From assembly GCF_009914755.1 (NCBI RefSeq), contig NC_060935.1: 64,000 bases of DNA; one strand, given 5' to 3'. This DNA is from the human T2T-CHM13v2.0 reference genome, Homo sapiens. The notes beneath the pieces were generated by a model. It did not search any database. It saw only the letters and a program-made list of their open reading frames with translations, and had not been told where the DNA came from. Positions 15,815 through 29,492 of this stretch are shown here, piece by piece; the stretch's first letter is position 1, and each line of letters begins with the position of its first letter. The position numbers and the translations under genes were made by a program.

Positions 15815-15995
15815 TGTACTAGAGTTCTTCCAAGAAACAGAACCAGATTATAATATGAATATATATAAAAATAAAAAGCATACGGAAATATATATATAAG
15901 TATATATATATAATTCAGTCTCAAATACTAATCTTTTCTGTAAACACCCTCACAGACACACCCAGAAATAACCTTTAATCTGAGGACCCTGTTAG
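15815..15995 (-). mobile_element. MLT2-like ERVL LTR remnant with TA-rich tract
   Basis: Contains agaaacagaacca and aaacaccctcacagacacacccagaaataa. Confidence 0.7.
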
Positions 15996-16365
15996 AGTAA
16001 AACAGCTTGCTACCTGAATGGAACTCTGGGACAACAGGCATCATTAGTCAAATGGATATATGGTCTCTCTATAACATGAGCTTTTTTTTTTTTTTTCAGA
16101 ATATCTGAAAGAGAGGAGTAAGGAGGAGTGTGGATAAGAAAAAGCTTGCAGTTGGATGATGTAATAAGTAACACTGAGCAAATATTTATTGCCCACCTAC
16201 CATGGTCTATATCATGCGAGGCTCTGGAGATAGGAAAAATGAATAGTACATAGTCTATATTCAATGAGCTCAATATAAATAACAAAAACTATCTAACATA
16301 CAGTGATGGCTAGCAAAACTTCACAGAAGGAAATTAGTAGTCTTTCTTAACCTTTTCCCAATGAA

Positions 16366-16825
16366 GTTTTTATTTTACTGTGACAAAATATACATGACAC
16401 AAAATTTACTGTGTTAACCATTTTTAAGTATACAGTTCAGTAGTGCAAAGTACATTGACATTGCTGTACAGCTAATTTCCAGAACTCTTCATCTTGAAAA
16501 ACTGAAACTCTGTCCTATTAAACAACAGCTCCCATTCACCCCTTCCCCAGCCCTTGGCAACCACCATCTACTTTCTGTCTCTGTGAATCCTGGTATTTTG
16601 GGTACCTCATTTAAGTGGAATCATAACAGTATTTGTCTTTGTGTCCCTGGCTTATCTCACTGTGTATAACGTCCTCAAGGAACATCCATGCTGTAGCATA
16701 TATCAATTTTTTTTTCTTTTTTAAGGTGAATAATATTCCATTGTATGTATATGCCACATTTTGTTTATCCATTCATCCATTGATGGATGTGGGTTGTTTC
16801 CACCTTCCTAACTTTTTATAACAGT
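16366..16825 (-). mobile_element. L1MB-like 3' UTR
   Basis: Antisense L1MB 3'-end sequence (ttaaccatttttaagtatacagttcagtag...). Confidence 0.8.
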
Positions 16826-16837
16826 GTAATCTCTTAA

Positions 16838-17179
<342 letters not shown>

Positions 17180-18149
17180 CCTGAGGTTAGTTTTTCATAG
17201 AAAGCAAGTAATAGAAGATCCTCTTTGAGAAGGGAAAACATAAAATAGATTCAAAAAATGATTTATGTTTTAAAAGAATCATTCAATTAAATCTTTTAGA
17301 TCTGAAAGTCCTTAGTTTGCTCATGTACCATTTTATAATCCTTTTTCTGTACTGATAAAAAAAAAAATTGAATGCTACAGAAATACTGTGATGTACCCAT
17401 GGAGCTGAACAAAGGTCTTGTTAAGATTAAACTACAATCTGCTCTAACTTTTATCACAAATTACTCATTGTCTGTGTTGTACTTCCTCTTAAGCATAGAT
17501 AGTAAGGGCTCTCTTATTGTTAAATTGTTTCGCTCTGAAACTTGTCTTTATCCTTCTGAAATATAAATTTCTAATTATGTATGTTTGTGAAATAGGTTTT
17601 AGTTATTTCAATTAATTGCGTAGAGTTGTAAATTATGGCAAGTGTAGGAGTTAGTGATAATCTTAAATTGTATCTATTGTTAATCATTGCATATGAAGTT
17701 GAAATTACAGTGACCTCTCTGCATTTCTTCTCCTTTTCTTAAAATTGTAAACTGAGTCTTTTTTCACACATCATAAAAACCTTGTGCAACTGCTAGTGTT
17801 TGAAATAAATTGCAGTTACAGTGCTGTCTCCCTGTTTCAGGCACTGTGATAAGCTAGAATCAAATGAAAGTTCTTCTGACATTTTCAGAACCTAAAATCC
17901 AATGTTGGTTTAACTTCAATAGTCTGCAGATAATGGATTACTGGTATTGCACTCCTATTTGAGAAACAAGCTATTATTTTTACCAGTGGGATAGTGATAT
18001 TTGTTAGTAGTACAAGTAATTCCATCATTAAATAGAGAAGGGAGGAAAATTCCTACAAGTGGCCATTTTTTAAGGTTCATACAATAAACATATTAAGATT
18101 CTAGAGTGGAAATTAAAACATCCACAATTGTACTAGAGTGTTTTTTTGT

Positions 18150-18310
18150 GCAAGTCACTTAACCTTTCTCTACATCAGTTTCCAGATATTTGAAATGGTA
18201 ATAATTATACCCACTTCCGAGGGTTGTCGTAAGATATAAAAGTCTTAATGTAGATAAAATGCGTATAACAGTGCCTGTACATATAAGTGCTATACAAGTG
18301 TTTGCTATCG
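18150..18310 (+). mobile_element. MIR
   Basis: MIR core caagtcacttaacct...cagtttcc...agtgcctg. Confidence 0.7.
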
Positions 18311-18349
18311 TTATCCTTCTTTTTCTCATTTTCACATGGTTCTTCATTG

Positions 18350-18960
18350 ACTCACGTTTAGAATATTACCGTACATTTTTAACTCACCTCCCTGATTGCA
18401 GTTTCGTCTTCCTAATGTTGTTCTTCCCATTTCTACTAGGGTAATCCTTAAAAAAAATCCAAATTGTTGTGTCACTTCCTCGCTTAAAGGTTGATTTAGT
18501 TTTACCATTGTTTTCCAGATAAAATTTAAATTCCTTAGTATAAACCACCACAAATTTTATGATGTCATCCTTAAGTCATCAGCCCATTTCTGTCATGTCT
18601 TATTAATGCTTCTTCCTTTCCCTGCTGTCTTTACCTGACTATTATAGATACTCAGGAAAAGACTATTCATTTACCTTCTGAGACTCATTTCAAGCATGAT
18701 CTCCACCAGAAAGCCTTTCCTAACTCTTGCCATTCTACGCAGTTTGAATTTGATATACTCTACCTTCGTGTTCACAATCACAGTGCTTATCGCTATTAGG
18801 GAGCTCAATTTATTGTCCATAGCCATCTCTTTTATTGTTGATTTCCCTTTCTATCATAAGCTTTTGTAGACAAGAATTGTGTTATGACTTCCTATCTTCA
18901 GCAGTTAACAAATGATTGGCAAATAGCAGCTATTTACTCATACTTGCTGCATAATCACTT
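18350..18960 (+). mobile_element. L2 3' fragment
   Basis: Degenerate L2 3' region; boundaries approximate. Confidence 0.55.
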
Positions 18961-19418
18961 AATTGAGATTTGAGAGAGAGTGAGTTAACAAATGAACACC
19001 CTGGTTACAGCCGGTTCTGCTTTTGTGACATCTTTCATGAAATGCATGGGATGGTGAAAAGAGGTTACATTTAGGGTTAGACCTGGATTCAACTTCTCTA
19101 TCATTTAGTTTAAAAAAAAAAAAAAAAAACTAAAAAACTTTAAGATTAAACTTACTGTAAGCCTTAATGTCTCCATGATTATAAATTTAATTCCCAATAC
19201 CTAATTATCTTACATTGAATCTCAAATGGTTTAATATGTATAAATCATTATAGAAATATTAGATCTATTAAAGACAGTATTGGTGCTGATATGGACTCTA
19301 GAGCCAAGTTACCTGGGGGTTTACATCCTGGATCTGCCATTTGCCAGCTCTGTGATTTTTGAACATGCTATTCTCTTTGTGTCTACATTTTCTCTTCTGT
19401 AAAATGGAAATTATAATA

Positions 19419-20684
19419 TTAAGTTGGTGCAAAAGTAATTGCAGTTTTGGACCATGAATTTTAAGTTATTATATTAATAACTAGGCTCAAAGACATCTTT
19501 ATTAATCAAAATAGGAACCATTACAATCAACACATTTTGCCAATAAGAAATACGTTGGTTTATTCCTGTAACATAATCTGTCCTTTGGGATTCGACAAAC
19601 TCTTGAAAAGCATTTTCTGCATCCTGTTGATTGTGGAAGTGTTTTCCCTGCAAAATGTTGTTGAGATGCTTAAAGAAATGGTAGTCAGCTGGGGAGAGGT
19701 CAGGTGAATATGGTGAATGAGGCAAAACTTCGTAGCCCAATTCATTCAACTTTTGAAGTATTGGTTGTTCAACTTGTGGTGGGGCACTGTCGTAGAGAAG
19801 AATTGGGCCCTTTCTGTTGACGAATGCTGGCTGCAGGTATTGCAGTTTTTGATGCATCTCAGCTATTTGCTGAGCATACTTCTCAGATGTAATAGTTAAG
19901 CCAGGGTTCAGAACGCTGTAGTGGATCAGACCAGCCGCCGAGCACCAAACAGCAACCATGACCTTTTTTTGGTGGAAGTTGGCTTTGGGAGGTGTTTTGA
20001 AGCTTCTTCTTGATCCAGCCACTGAGCTCATCATCGCTGGTTGTCATATAAAATCCACTTTTGATTGTATATCACAATCCGACTGACAAATAGTTCATCG
20101 TTGTTACGTAGAATAAGAGAAGACAACACTTCAAAACAACGATTTTTGGTTAGCTCATGAGGCATCCTCTTATCAAGCTTTTATCACCTCTCCAATTTGA
20201 TTCAAATGCTGAATGACTATAGAATGGCCGATGTTGAGTTCTTCTGCAGCTTCTCCTGTAGTTGTAAGAGGATCAGCTTGGATGATTGCTCTCAGCTGGT
20301 TGTTGTCAACTTCCGATAACTGGCCACTATGTCCTCATCTTCAAGGATCTCCTTTGCAAAACTTCTTGAACCACCACTGCACTGTATGTTCGTTAGTAGT
20401 TCCTAGGCCAAATGTGTTGTTGATGTTGCCAGTTGTCTCCACTGATTTACGACCCATTGTGAACTCAAATAAGAAAATCACTCGAATTTGCTTTTTGCCT
20501 AACATCATTTCCATGGTCTAAAATAACCATAAACAGCAAGCAATAAGTCATCAGCAAAAAAAAAATTGAGAAATGCTCATTAAAATGATGTATAACATAA
20601 CTACATTTATTTAAGAATGTATTTCAATATCAAACAGCAAATTCTAACAATGTAAAAACTGCAGTTACTTTTGCACTTACCTAA
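19419..20684 (-). mobile_element. Hsmar1 mariner transposon, near full length (1266 bp), inserted in a MIR
   Basis: TIRs tta(a/g)gt..gtgcaaaagtaa(t/c)tgcagtttt at both ends and TA TSDs at 19417-18 and 20685-86. MIR halves lie on both sides (about 19275-19416 and 20687-20790). Confidence 0.95.
19502..20514 (-). pseudogene. Hsmar1 transposase, disrupted
   Basis: Starts MEMML and contains MPHEL (WVPHEL box), KVMVAVW, LYDSA and PYSPDLSPADYHFF. It has frameshifts, and the first catalytic D appears mutated. Confidence 0.9.
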
Positions 20685-21274
20685 TAGTACACTTCTGAGG
20701 ATTATTTTGAGGACTATATGAGGTGGTGTGTATCAAGCACTCACCATAGTTACTAACACATAGTAAGCACCCAATAAATATTAGCTTAAAAAAATTTCCT
20801 GCGACTCTTTTTACCTTTGTGCAAATCTAAGACAACTTTCAAGGCATAGCTTAATAGCTACCTCTTTTTTAAAGACTTCCTTGATTGAATTGTTTTTTCC
20901 CTCTAAACTCCAATAACATGATATATAATTTATTCATAAAGCACCACAAGGAACTTCAGCTTTGTATCTCCTTTATTGGTTTTTAAATTTCTTTAAATAC
21001 TATATTTATTTTATTCATCTCATGTATCACTATCATTATCATTTCTATTATGTCACCTATTATGTTTTAATTCTCTACATATTTAACACTATGAAATATT
21101 TTTTATATAGGTAAATATTATCTATCTCGCTATAAAATGTAAGCTCCATAATAGCAAGGACCTTATGTTAATAGTATCTGCACATTGTAGATAGTAAATA
21201 ATTGCTGAATGGATGAATAATGACTTAAACATCTATTGAATTAATGTATTACACTTGGCAATAATATTGGTAAC

Positions 21275-22932
21275 TCTCTTAACCATCTATAGATGAATAA
21301 TAAATTGCCCTAAGTCTTAGTGGCATAAAACAATAGAAATTTCTTATATCACAGTTTTTGTGGGTCTAGAATCCAAGTGTGGTTTAGCTGAGTATTCTGG
21401 CTCAGGGTTTCTCACAAGGCTCAGCTTCCAAGGTTACTCATGGGCTAGCTGTTAGTCAACTGTGAGTGAGAGGAGTGTCAAATAATTTAAGAGTCATGTT
21501 TAAAAACTGCCACAGTCTGCCCTCTAGGCAGAAATTATTTACATTTCCTCACATGCAAAATACAACCGTCTCCTCCCAGACTCCTCCACATGTTTCATTT
21601 CATTACAGGATCAGGCTAAGGCTAAAGGGATAAAATTGTCATTTAAATCAGGGGAAAGTATGGATGAGGCTTTTTGGGTTTGATTCCTCAAAAATAACCG
21701 CATAAATATTGTTCCCATCTAAAGACCAGTGAACTACAGTGACAAGTTGCCCGTTCCCTTTAAAACCAATATAAAATGGTAGGACAGGCATAGGGTAACT
21801 GCAAAGACATTCCTATTCAAAAAGGGAAGATGGAAAGGCTAACGTCCTTAGCAATTCTGAAATCCAAGGAAGTTCATGTTTCCCGTTCCTTTATTAGAAT
21901 TTTGTATTGTTTCCTAGGAATGATTAATTGCTCTTGGCTTTACCTTCTGAGCGCTGGATTCTAACCTCTGAATTATCCATACATTTCAATAAGATGTAGC
22001 TCATGTTTGCAGCTGAGTGGTTTTTTCGGTCTGTTTCCTGCCCATAGAAGCCCTGGAGCCAAGTTCTCTTTGAATTGCATCCTCTCCTAACCCTGTAATC
22101 CTAAACTGATAGTTTACACCAGAACAGTTTTTCTGAAACTGGGAGTTTGCTATGAATCTCATTGAGATTCACTCCATTAGACAAAAACCACAAACAAATC
22201 TTTTCAAGATAAGCCTTTCTTTCTATCTTAGGCTTCTTTTGCATCAGCTGTGGGACAACACCCTTAAGATTTATTGAAGCCCTATTGTTTAACAGAGGGT
22301 TGTCTGAGATTTTTCCTTCCTTTTTTTTTTTTTTTAAGTCCTCAAAGCTCCATAGGCTTCCTCTAGTATTCTTCTAGAAGTCCTTTTAAGTTTTCACTTA
22401 CATTCTCCTAAAGATCCCTCCAGCTTCAGCCCATCACCTAGTCTCAAGTCCAATGCCATATGATTGAGGATTTTGTTAAGGCAGCACCCTGCCTCTGGTG
22501 TATCAAAATCATTATCGGTTGTCTTGCTGCAGAACAAATCTCACCAAAACTTACTGGCTTAAAATAATGTTTTTTAAAAATCATTTATTTTTAGCTTAAA
22601 AGTGTGAAATTTACTAGGGCTTGGTAGAGAAAGCTTGTCTCCTTCACACAGCTCACTCATGGTTAGCAAGTTGGTGCCGGCTGAGAGCTGGGGGTCTCTG
22701 TTCATCTCCACATGGGCCTCTCCAAAGACAGTTTGGGCTCCACAGCATGGTAACTGGCTTCTAAGATTAAAAGTCTCGAAAGGCAGGAAATATAAGCAAC
22801 CAATTTTTTATAGCCTAGACTTGGAAACTGGCATAGTATCACTTTCTCTGTATTGGAAGACAGGAGCACAGACCTCAAGTCTCAAGAGGCAAAGTGTCAA
22901 AGGATTTGCAGTTGTGTTTCAAAATCACTACA
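21275..22932 (-). mobile_element. MLT1-family MaLR with two LTRs and about 1 kb of internal sequence
   Basis: LTR-like blocks at about 21275-21514 (ends aaaactgccaca) and 22511-22932 (ends aaaatcactaca) flank MLT-int-like sequence. Confidence 0.7.
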
Positions 22933-23838
22933 CCTGTTTTAGATCAAAGCACAGTTCTGGCACTTATCTATCACATTCCTAAGAAGGCTTACTTTATTCC
23001 TGTAAAGTAAAGGGATTCGATGTTTTCTAAGGTCCTTTCTACTCTAAATTTGGTCATCTTACAATTCCCATTTTCTATACATTGTTGATATATTCTAGCC
23101 CATAGCAGCTTCTTAACTATGTAATCAGACAGTGTTTGGGGTATAAAATTGACGTTCTCTCCTTATTACCACACTTCAGAAAAATAATATGTTGAGAAGT
23201 TTGTGTGATATTTAGAAAATCCAGAAAACCTTCACCAAAAAGGTATATTATAATGAACATGACCTTACAAGAATACTTGTGAAGAGTCTGCATTAATGGT
23301 TAATGCCTTTATTGGAAGGTCAAATATTAGATAACTTTTGTAAGGCAGCTGTTCTTAGAGGGGTTTTATTTATTTTTAATTTCATGTACTCCTTTTTATT
23401 TTTTTCTGTTTGTTTCATATGTCTCCATGTGGTTGGGGAATAAAGTTTCCATTATACTGCTCTATTTATAGTTTTAAAAAATTCTGTAGGGACCAAAGCT
23501 GGTTGTTTTTTAATCTTTACCACTTATAAAATGAATTTGTCAAATTTAATTTGAGTTTCATTTGCAGTAAATATTGTTTAAGAAAACATGGTTGACTATT
23601 TTTTATATGCCAGTTTAAGTTCATCTTGTTATTCTTTCAGGAACTTGTACTTTCCTTCCTTTTAGAGAAACATTAATTCATGCTGTCTCTACTGTTCAAT
23701 TTAATGAGATCAAACTTAATGAATTTCATATGTATATGTGAATTATGCCAAAATTTTTCTCCATCACACTAGTGTTAGTAGTCTTCTATATGTAGTATCA
23801 TATACACAAACTTAATTTTGACCCTTTTTAAATTGCAG

Positions 23839-23928
23839 TGTCCTCTCGCATGGCAGAGCAAGTGGGAAGGCCCAGAAGATCCCTTACAATACCTGAGAGG
23901 TCTTGTTGCCCGTGCCCTTGCAATACAG
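23839..23928 (+). CDS. DYNC2H1: DYNC2H1 internal coding exon (90 nt, phase 0-0), CPLAWQSKWEGPEDPLQYLRGLVARALAIQ
   Basis: Acceptor ttttaaattgcag at 23838 and donor GTATGC at 23929. The frame is open, the peptide is recognised as dynein-2 heavy chain C-terminal domain, and it joins in frame to the next exon. Confidence 0.96.
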
Positions 23929-24479
23929 GTATGCCTAAATTATTTACTAAGTGGGTTGTCTGACTGTGTGACTATTGTATTATAGAGATAACCATTGTGC
24001 TAATCACTAGTGAGAATTACACTATGATTTTGCACATAAAACATCATATATTCATTATTCTGCCATTTGTTATTTTTGTATAGCACTGTTCTATTTTTTT
24101 TTTTTTTTTACAAAATGTGCTTTCTGCTTTACTGTGGCTTTTCATCATTTTCGAGAATTTAGAGAAAAATTTACAATTTTAGTACAGTTGGATCACATAG
24201 ACGGTAACTGACACTGAATCATCACTGTGACTAGTTTGCCTTAGGGAGCTCCCTATGGGGAGCTGCTTTAAAAAAGTTTTCTTCAAATTGATCAAGTTTT
24301 TTCAGAATAAACCAGTCAGGTAACTTCAGGAAAACAGAAGAATAATATAGACAGAGAAAGAGTGTATTTTTAAGGAATAGTAAACATGATACAGGTTAGT
24401 TGATGCAAACAAGGTACCTTTGTGGATTTTCCACTGTCTTCCTCTGCTTGTTGCACCAGCTTCACAAAAGAGCCTTTTG

Positions 24480-25290
24480 TTTTAACCACATTAACGTCTA
24501 CTATCACATGAATAACTTGATCTTCTCAATGCAGCACTCTTCATCCATGTTTTTTAAAATAATGATCCACAAGTCTGTTCACATTTGTCATCACTCATCC
24601 CTGCTCCACCTTTGAACCCCTAAGCATACATGTTATTCTTTGACAACAGCCACATTTCATTCTCAATTTTGTATTCTCTAGACTTTCCAGTCTCTTCCTG
24701 TTCAGTTCTCTATCACTTTCTTTCCTGATTCTGGCCGATTCAGCCTTCTATTTGTGGCACATAACTATATTCTCTTTCTAGCACCTTCAGTATCCTAACT
24801 CACTTTTCTTTATGCTTCATCCTTTCCAAAAACCATTTAACTTGGATTAGTATCTGTCCATATGCAGGCTGCTGAGCGCTGCTACCGAAACTTCAGATAC
24901 AGTGTACAGTGTACACTTCAGATACGGTTCAGATACAGTGGATGGGCCCTGAGCACTGCTCCTGTATTCCATAGTGATGTTCTTCACTCTTTCTTGAAGA
25001 CTCCATTCTGTCACTGACTCCCCTTTTCCTTAGCAGAGCACCTTACGTTTTACTTCATAGAGAAAATTCAAGCTGTGAGATATGACCACTTGAAAATTCC
25101 TGTCCTTCTCTCTCATCTACAAATTTGTTTGAAGCCATCTTCGTCATCTTTGTTCTAATATAAAAGTTGACCTTATGAAATTGAAAGCTCATCCCTAGAC
25201 CTGTGTACTGATTCTGTCTGTTCTCCTCTCTTTAGAGACCTCCTCCAGGGGGTCTTCCCTTGTTCTTCTGTCTTTTCATCTTTTCATCTC
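24480..25290 (+). mobile_element. L2 internal fragment
   Basis: Pyrimidine-rich degenerate L2-like sequence; boundaries approximate. Confidence 0.5.
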
Positions 25291-26584
25291 TTCTTACTCT
25301 GTTTGCCAGCCTACAATTGGGACTCCTTTGAAGGCACCAGGACTGATCTGAGCAATTGTTTGGCTTCTATTATAACCAGTTCTCTGGATTGTAGGATTGT
25401 TAAAGGAAAAAAAAGTACTAGATCTGGAAATGAGGTTAAAATTAGCAAGTAGAGAAGAATCTGGCAGGGACTCTGATTTAGTCATCTTTCTGTCTATCTG
25501 CTGTGTATATACCTGGACATAATTTATCACTAAATGCTGGAAGGAAGAAAGGGAGAAAGTCTATTAGTGATCTTAGAACAGTATAGAAATGCTCTGAAGT
25601 TTGTTGTATAATTGCATGGCTGTGATAATTTACCACTTCATGTACTTTTCAGTACTGTTTCCTTTAAATTATTTTTAAAAGGACAGGGACTTTAAACTTG
25701 CCATGAATGGTAGCCTATATTACACTATGTAAGTACACTTAATAACTATGCTGTGAGTTTATAATGATAAATATATCAGTGGTACTATAATTAATACTCT
25801 TTAAAACAATTTTACATGAATTATTGCAATTTTCTTGCATGGTTATTCATATATTAATAACTGGTCATAAAAACTGATGAAAAACTGGTCGTCAAAACTG
25901 AACACTTTTCTACTGTGTAATTTTCTTAAAAGCTTTATAAGGCATTTAACCTTAATTGTAGTGATAAAATACCCTCCTAACCCTCAAGATAATGTTCAGG
26001 ACTGACCATAGCTTACCTTTCATCCTTCCAACCAGGGAATATGCACTATTTCTTCCACAACCACTTGGGGATACTTTTTACATTGTTTTATTTTCCTGGC
26101 TTAATATTTTTTTAAATTATAAATATATATAGATATCCATCTCCCTGAGGTAACCTTTAATATTTGGGATTTGCTTTTCATCTATTCAAGGGCCCGATAG
26201 ATCCCTTGTTTTCATCTGTGCCTTCTCTGTTTCACAAGTACATATCCAGAGCAGCTTGTGATACTTGGAGAGCAATGTAACTACCTATTTGGAAAACAAA
26301 GGATGGGAAACTGGGTGGGCAGGGAAAATTAGAAGCACTATTTGCAAGGATCTGTGAAAATGGCACCTTTTGGTTTCTTAAGAAAGCATAATGATCAGAC
26401 TCAATCCAAACAGGTATACAGCAGGTTGAGCCCAGATCCAGCTATAGTTTAAGATTTTAGGGTCTTGCATTTTGAGGCATAGTTTATGGGAAAAGAGAAC
26501 AAACTATTGAGGGTGTCATATATCATGCCAGTTTATTACAGGGGTTCTGTGCAAATAAGGTAAGACTGACTTGGGTCAAAGGTA

Positions 26585-27470
26585 GCATTCATTTATTCAG
26601 TCATTCATTCAGTCAAAAATATAATAAGCAGCTACTTTATTCTAGACCCTGTGTGAAGTACTGGAGATATCAGGATTAGTAAGTAGATACAATAACTGCC
26701 TCACAGATCTTATCTTCATTCATTTATCATTTTATCAATAAAAGTTCTATAAATGTAAGCTGGGCACAGTGGCATGTGTCTATAGTTCCAGTGACTCAGG
26801 AGACTAAGGCAAGAGGATCGCTTGAGCCCAAGAGTTCAAGTCCAGCCTGGGCAACAATGAGACCTCGCCTCTTAAAAAAAAGATAATTCCGCAAATGTGA
26901 TTAATACTTTCCTGGTGCCAAACACTGTGTGAGGTTGCTGAATATAGAGTGGTAAACAAAATAGACATACATCTTGTTCTCCAGGAACTATCCTTACAAC
27001 TTATCAGAAAGATAGAACTGAATAAACAACAGTAAGAGAAGAGTGATAAAGGAAGTACAGTATTATGGAAGCAAATAGCACTATTTAACCTAGAAGGGGT
27101 CAGAGAAGTGCTGCCTAAGCTGGGAACTTAGTAGGAATAAACCAGATGAGGATGAGACGAAAGAATGTATCAGACAGAAGGCAGACCAGAGTCTGATATC
27201 AAGAGTAAGTATTGTGTTATACCAAAGTTATTGAAATTTTGTAAAAAAAATTAATAAAAAGTAAGCATTGTGGTTTTCAAGTAACTAAAAGCAAAGCATA
27301 GATTGCAAGGAGGGGTGTTCAGGCTGGAGGGCAAGAGGGGCCAAATCATGATAATGTATTAAGGAATTATATTTTATCCTAAGGACAAAAGGTAACCATT
27401 GCAGCATTTTAAGAAGGAAAGTCAGATTATGTTTTAAAGGGACTGTTTTAGCTGCAGTATGGAGAGAGTC
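26585..27470 (-). mobile_element. L2 3' fragments
   Basis: cattcatttattcagtcattcattc tail followed by antisense L2 body. Confidence 0.65.
26759..26881 (+). mobile_element. FLAM_A-like Alu monomer
   Basis: Single Alu arm with A tail. Confidence 0.8.
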
Positions 27471-28669
27471 TTAGTCTACTTTGTGGCAAAAGGTTTAAGA
27501 CTCCTCTGAATACTCTTAATTTAGAGCTATAGATCCCCTAGGTATCCAAGGAACCTGAGCCACAGAGAGTCTTGCAGGCAGCCTTGCATTCACTCTCTGG
27601 TTTCTGTAAGATCCTTTAGAGCAAAGATCTTAAAAAAAAAATTCCACTATATTTCCAATACCTATATACTGTCTGCTGAATGAATGAATGAACAAAGGAA
27701 TTAACAAATGAATGGACTGGACAGATTACTCTCTTTGGGGAACTTAGAATTATTTCCCTGGCTTCAAATTTTTCTGTCTTTTCTTCAGAAATAACATCTT
27801 CAAAGAGTTTCTTGTGTTCCTGATTTCCACTCTGTGTTTTCCCTTTGGCTTGTAGCGTATCCCTTACAGCAGTATATTCTGATTCTTCTGTGATGATCAT
27901 TCTAAATTCTAGCGTGTTCTCTACCCTGTTTGTAAATCTTACATTGTCAGCTTTGGTTTGGTTCCTTTATCCTAGTTTTCTCAACTACTCATAGTTGGAT
28001 CCCTTGACCGTACACCTGTAATTTTTATTCCAGCCTTGCTCATGTGTTGATTTCTATATCCAAGCCAGGATATAGAGAGAGATCTTTATCACCATCAGCT
28101 AGTTATACTTGGTTATGCTAAATAGACCCAATATTCTAAGAAATGTTTAATGGACTCCTAAATATCTCCCCCATTATGCTTCCATTGGAAAGCAAACTTG
28201 GAGTGCTGTGTGTTAAATTAGCATTAAGGTTTGCCATTAATACTTACAGTTCATTTTAAACTTCTGCTTCAGTTTCATGTCTTTAGTTTTAAGATCCACA
28301 GTGACGACTTGAACTCCACTCAGTTTTTTTGCTGAACTCAAGCCAGTGGCTGGTACGTTGCTCTACTACCAAATCCTGCCACCCTTCATTCTTATGACAG
28401 AATTTTGTTGTTTATATCAACTATTAAGCACCTTGAAGTTTGGGGAGATCTAAGCAATAAATAGCATTAATTATTGTTATTAGTAAATACCACTTAGCAT
28501 GACATATAGACTATCATTAAAGCTTATCAGGAAAATAGACAACTAAATAAGCAATAACAACAAATCATTAAAGGAAGTATTTGAGCAAATAGCAGAAGTA
28601 CTACAATCTAGAACCACTTAGTGTTATCCCCTGTTCCCCAGCGGGTAGTTCAGTCTAAAATTTTTGGAA

Positions 28670-29492
28670 TCATTGTTTACTTCTCTCCTCTCACACTTTA
28701 TATCCAGTCTACCAGAAAGTCATATTTTCTCTGCATTCAAAATACATTGAGGTACCTTTTACTATCCGTACTACCACTACCTCGATTGAAGTCATTGTGA
28801 ATGCAGCCACTATCTAACTAGAGTCCTGCTTCCACCCTTGTTCCCATTCTTATTGGTTCTCAACCACACAATCTCAAATGTTCTGGTGTTAAAGCACAGC
28901 TCAGATTACATCACTCTTCTCTTGGAAATATCCCCATGACTAGTCATCTTGAGTATCAAAATCCTTACACATCCTACAAGTTTCTTTAAGGTGAAGCCCC
29001 ATTATCTCTCTGCTTTTCGTTCCCAGTTTTCTACCTCATTTACTCTGTTCTAGCCATACTGGTCTTGCTTTTCAGTGAACAAACCCAGCTCGCTCCCTCT
29101 CATGGCCTTTACCCTTGCTGCTTCCTCTCCTTGGAATGCTCTCCCCGGGATATGTGCAAGGAAGCTTCCTTACCTCCTTCAGGTCTTTGCTCAAATGTCA
29201 CTTTTTCAGTGAGGCCTTCCCTGACCATCCTGTTTCGAATGTAACCCCCGCACTCCCCCCTCCAATACTTCTTACTCTCTTTTCCATCTTTATTTTTCTC
29301 TGTGGCCTATATCTTAGTCTAATACTCTGTATATTATAATCTATTTATTTTTAAAAGTTTCTATGTATTCTGCCACTAAAAAGAAAGCTTCATAAGGGCA
29401 GAGATTTTTGTCTGTTTACTGCCCCATCCAAGCATGTAGACAGTAACTTGTACAAATAGGCTTTTCAGTAAATATTTGTTGAATAAATAAAT
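28670..29492 (+). mobile_element. L2a 3' end
   Basis: Contains tcaaatgtcac...cagtgaggccttccctgacc and ends aaatatttgttgaataaataaatg. Confidence 0.85.

Noticed and set aside
19474-20034. 186-aa transposase-like ORF as a functional or domesticated gene
   Set aside because: It is an internal piece of a decayed Hsmar1. It lacks the DNA-binding domain and first catalytic residue, and its C-terminus is frameshifted.
24242-24255. 14-bp palindrome tagggagctcccta
   Set aside because: About four such palindromes are expected by chance in 64 kb.
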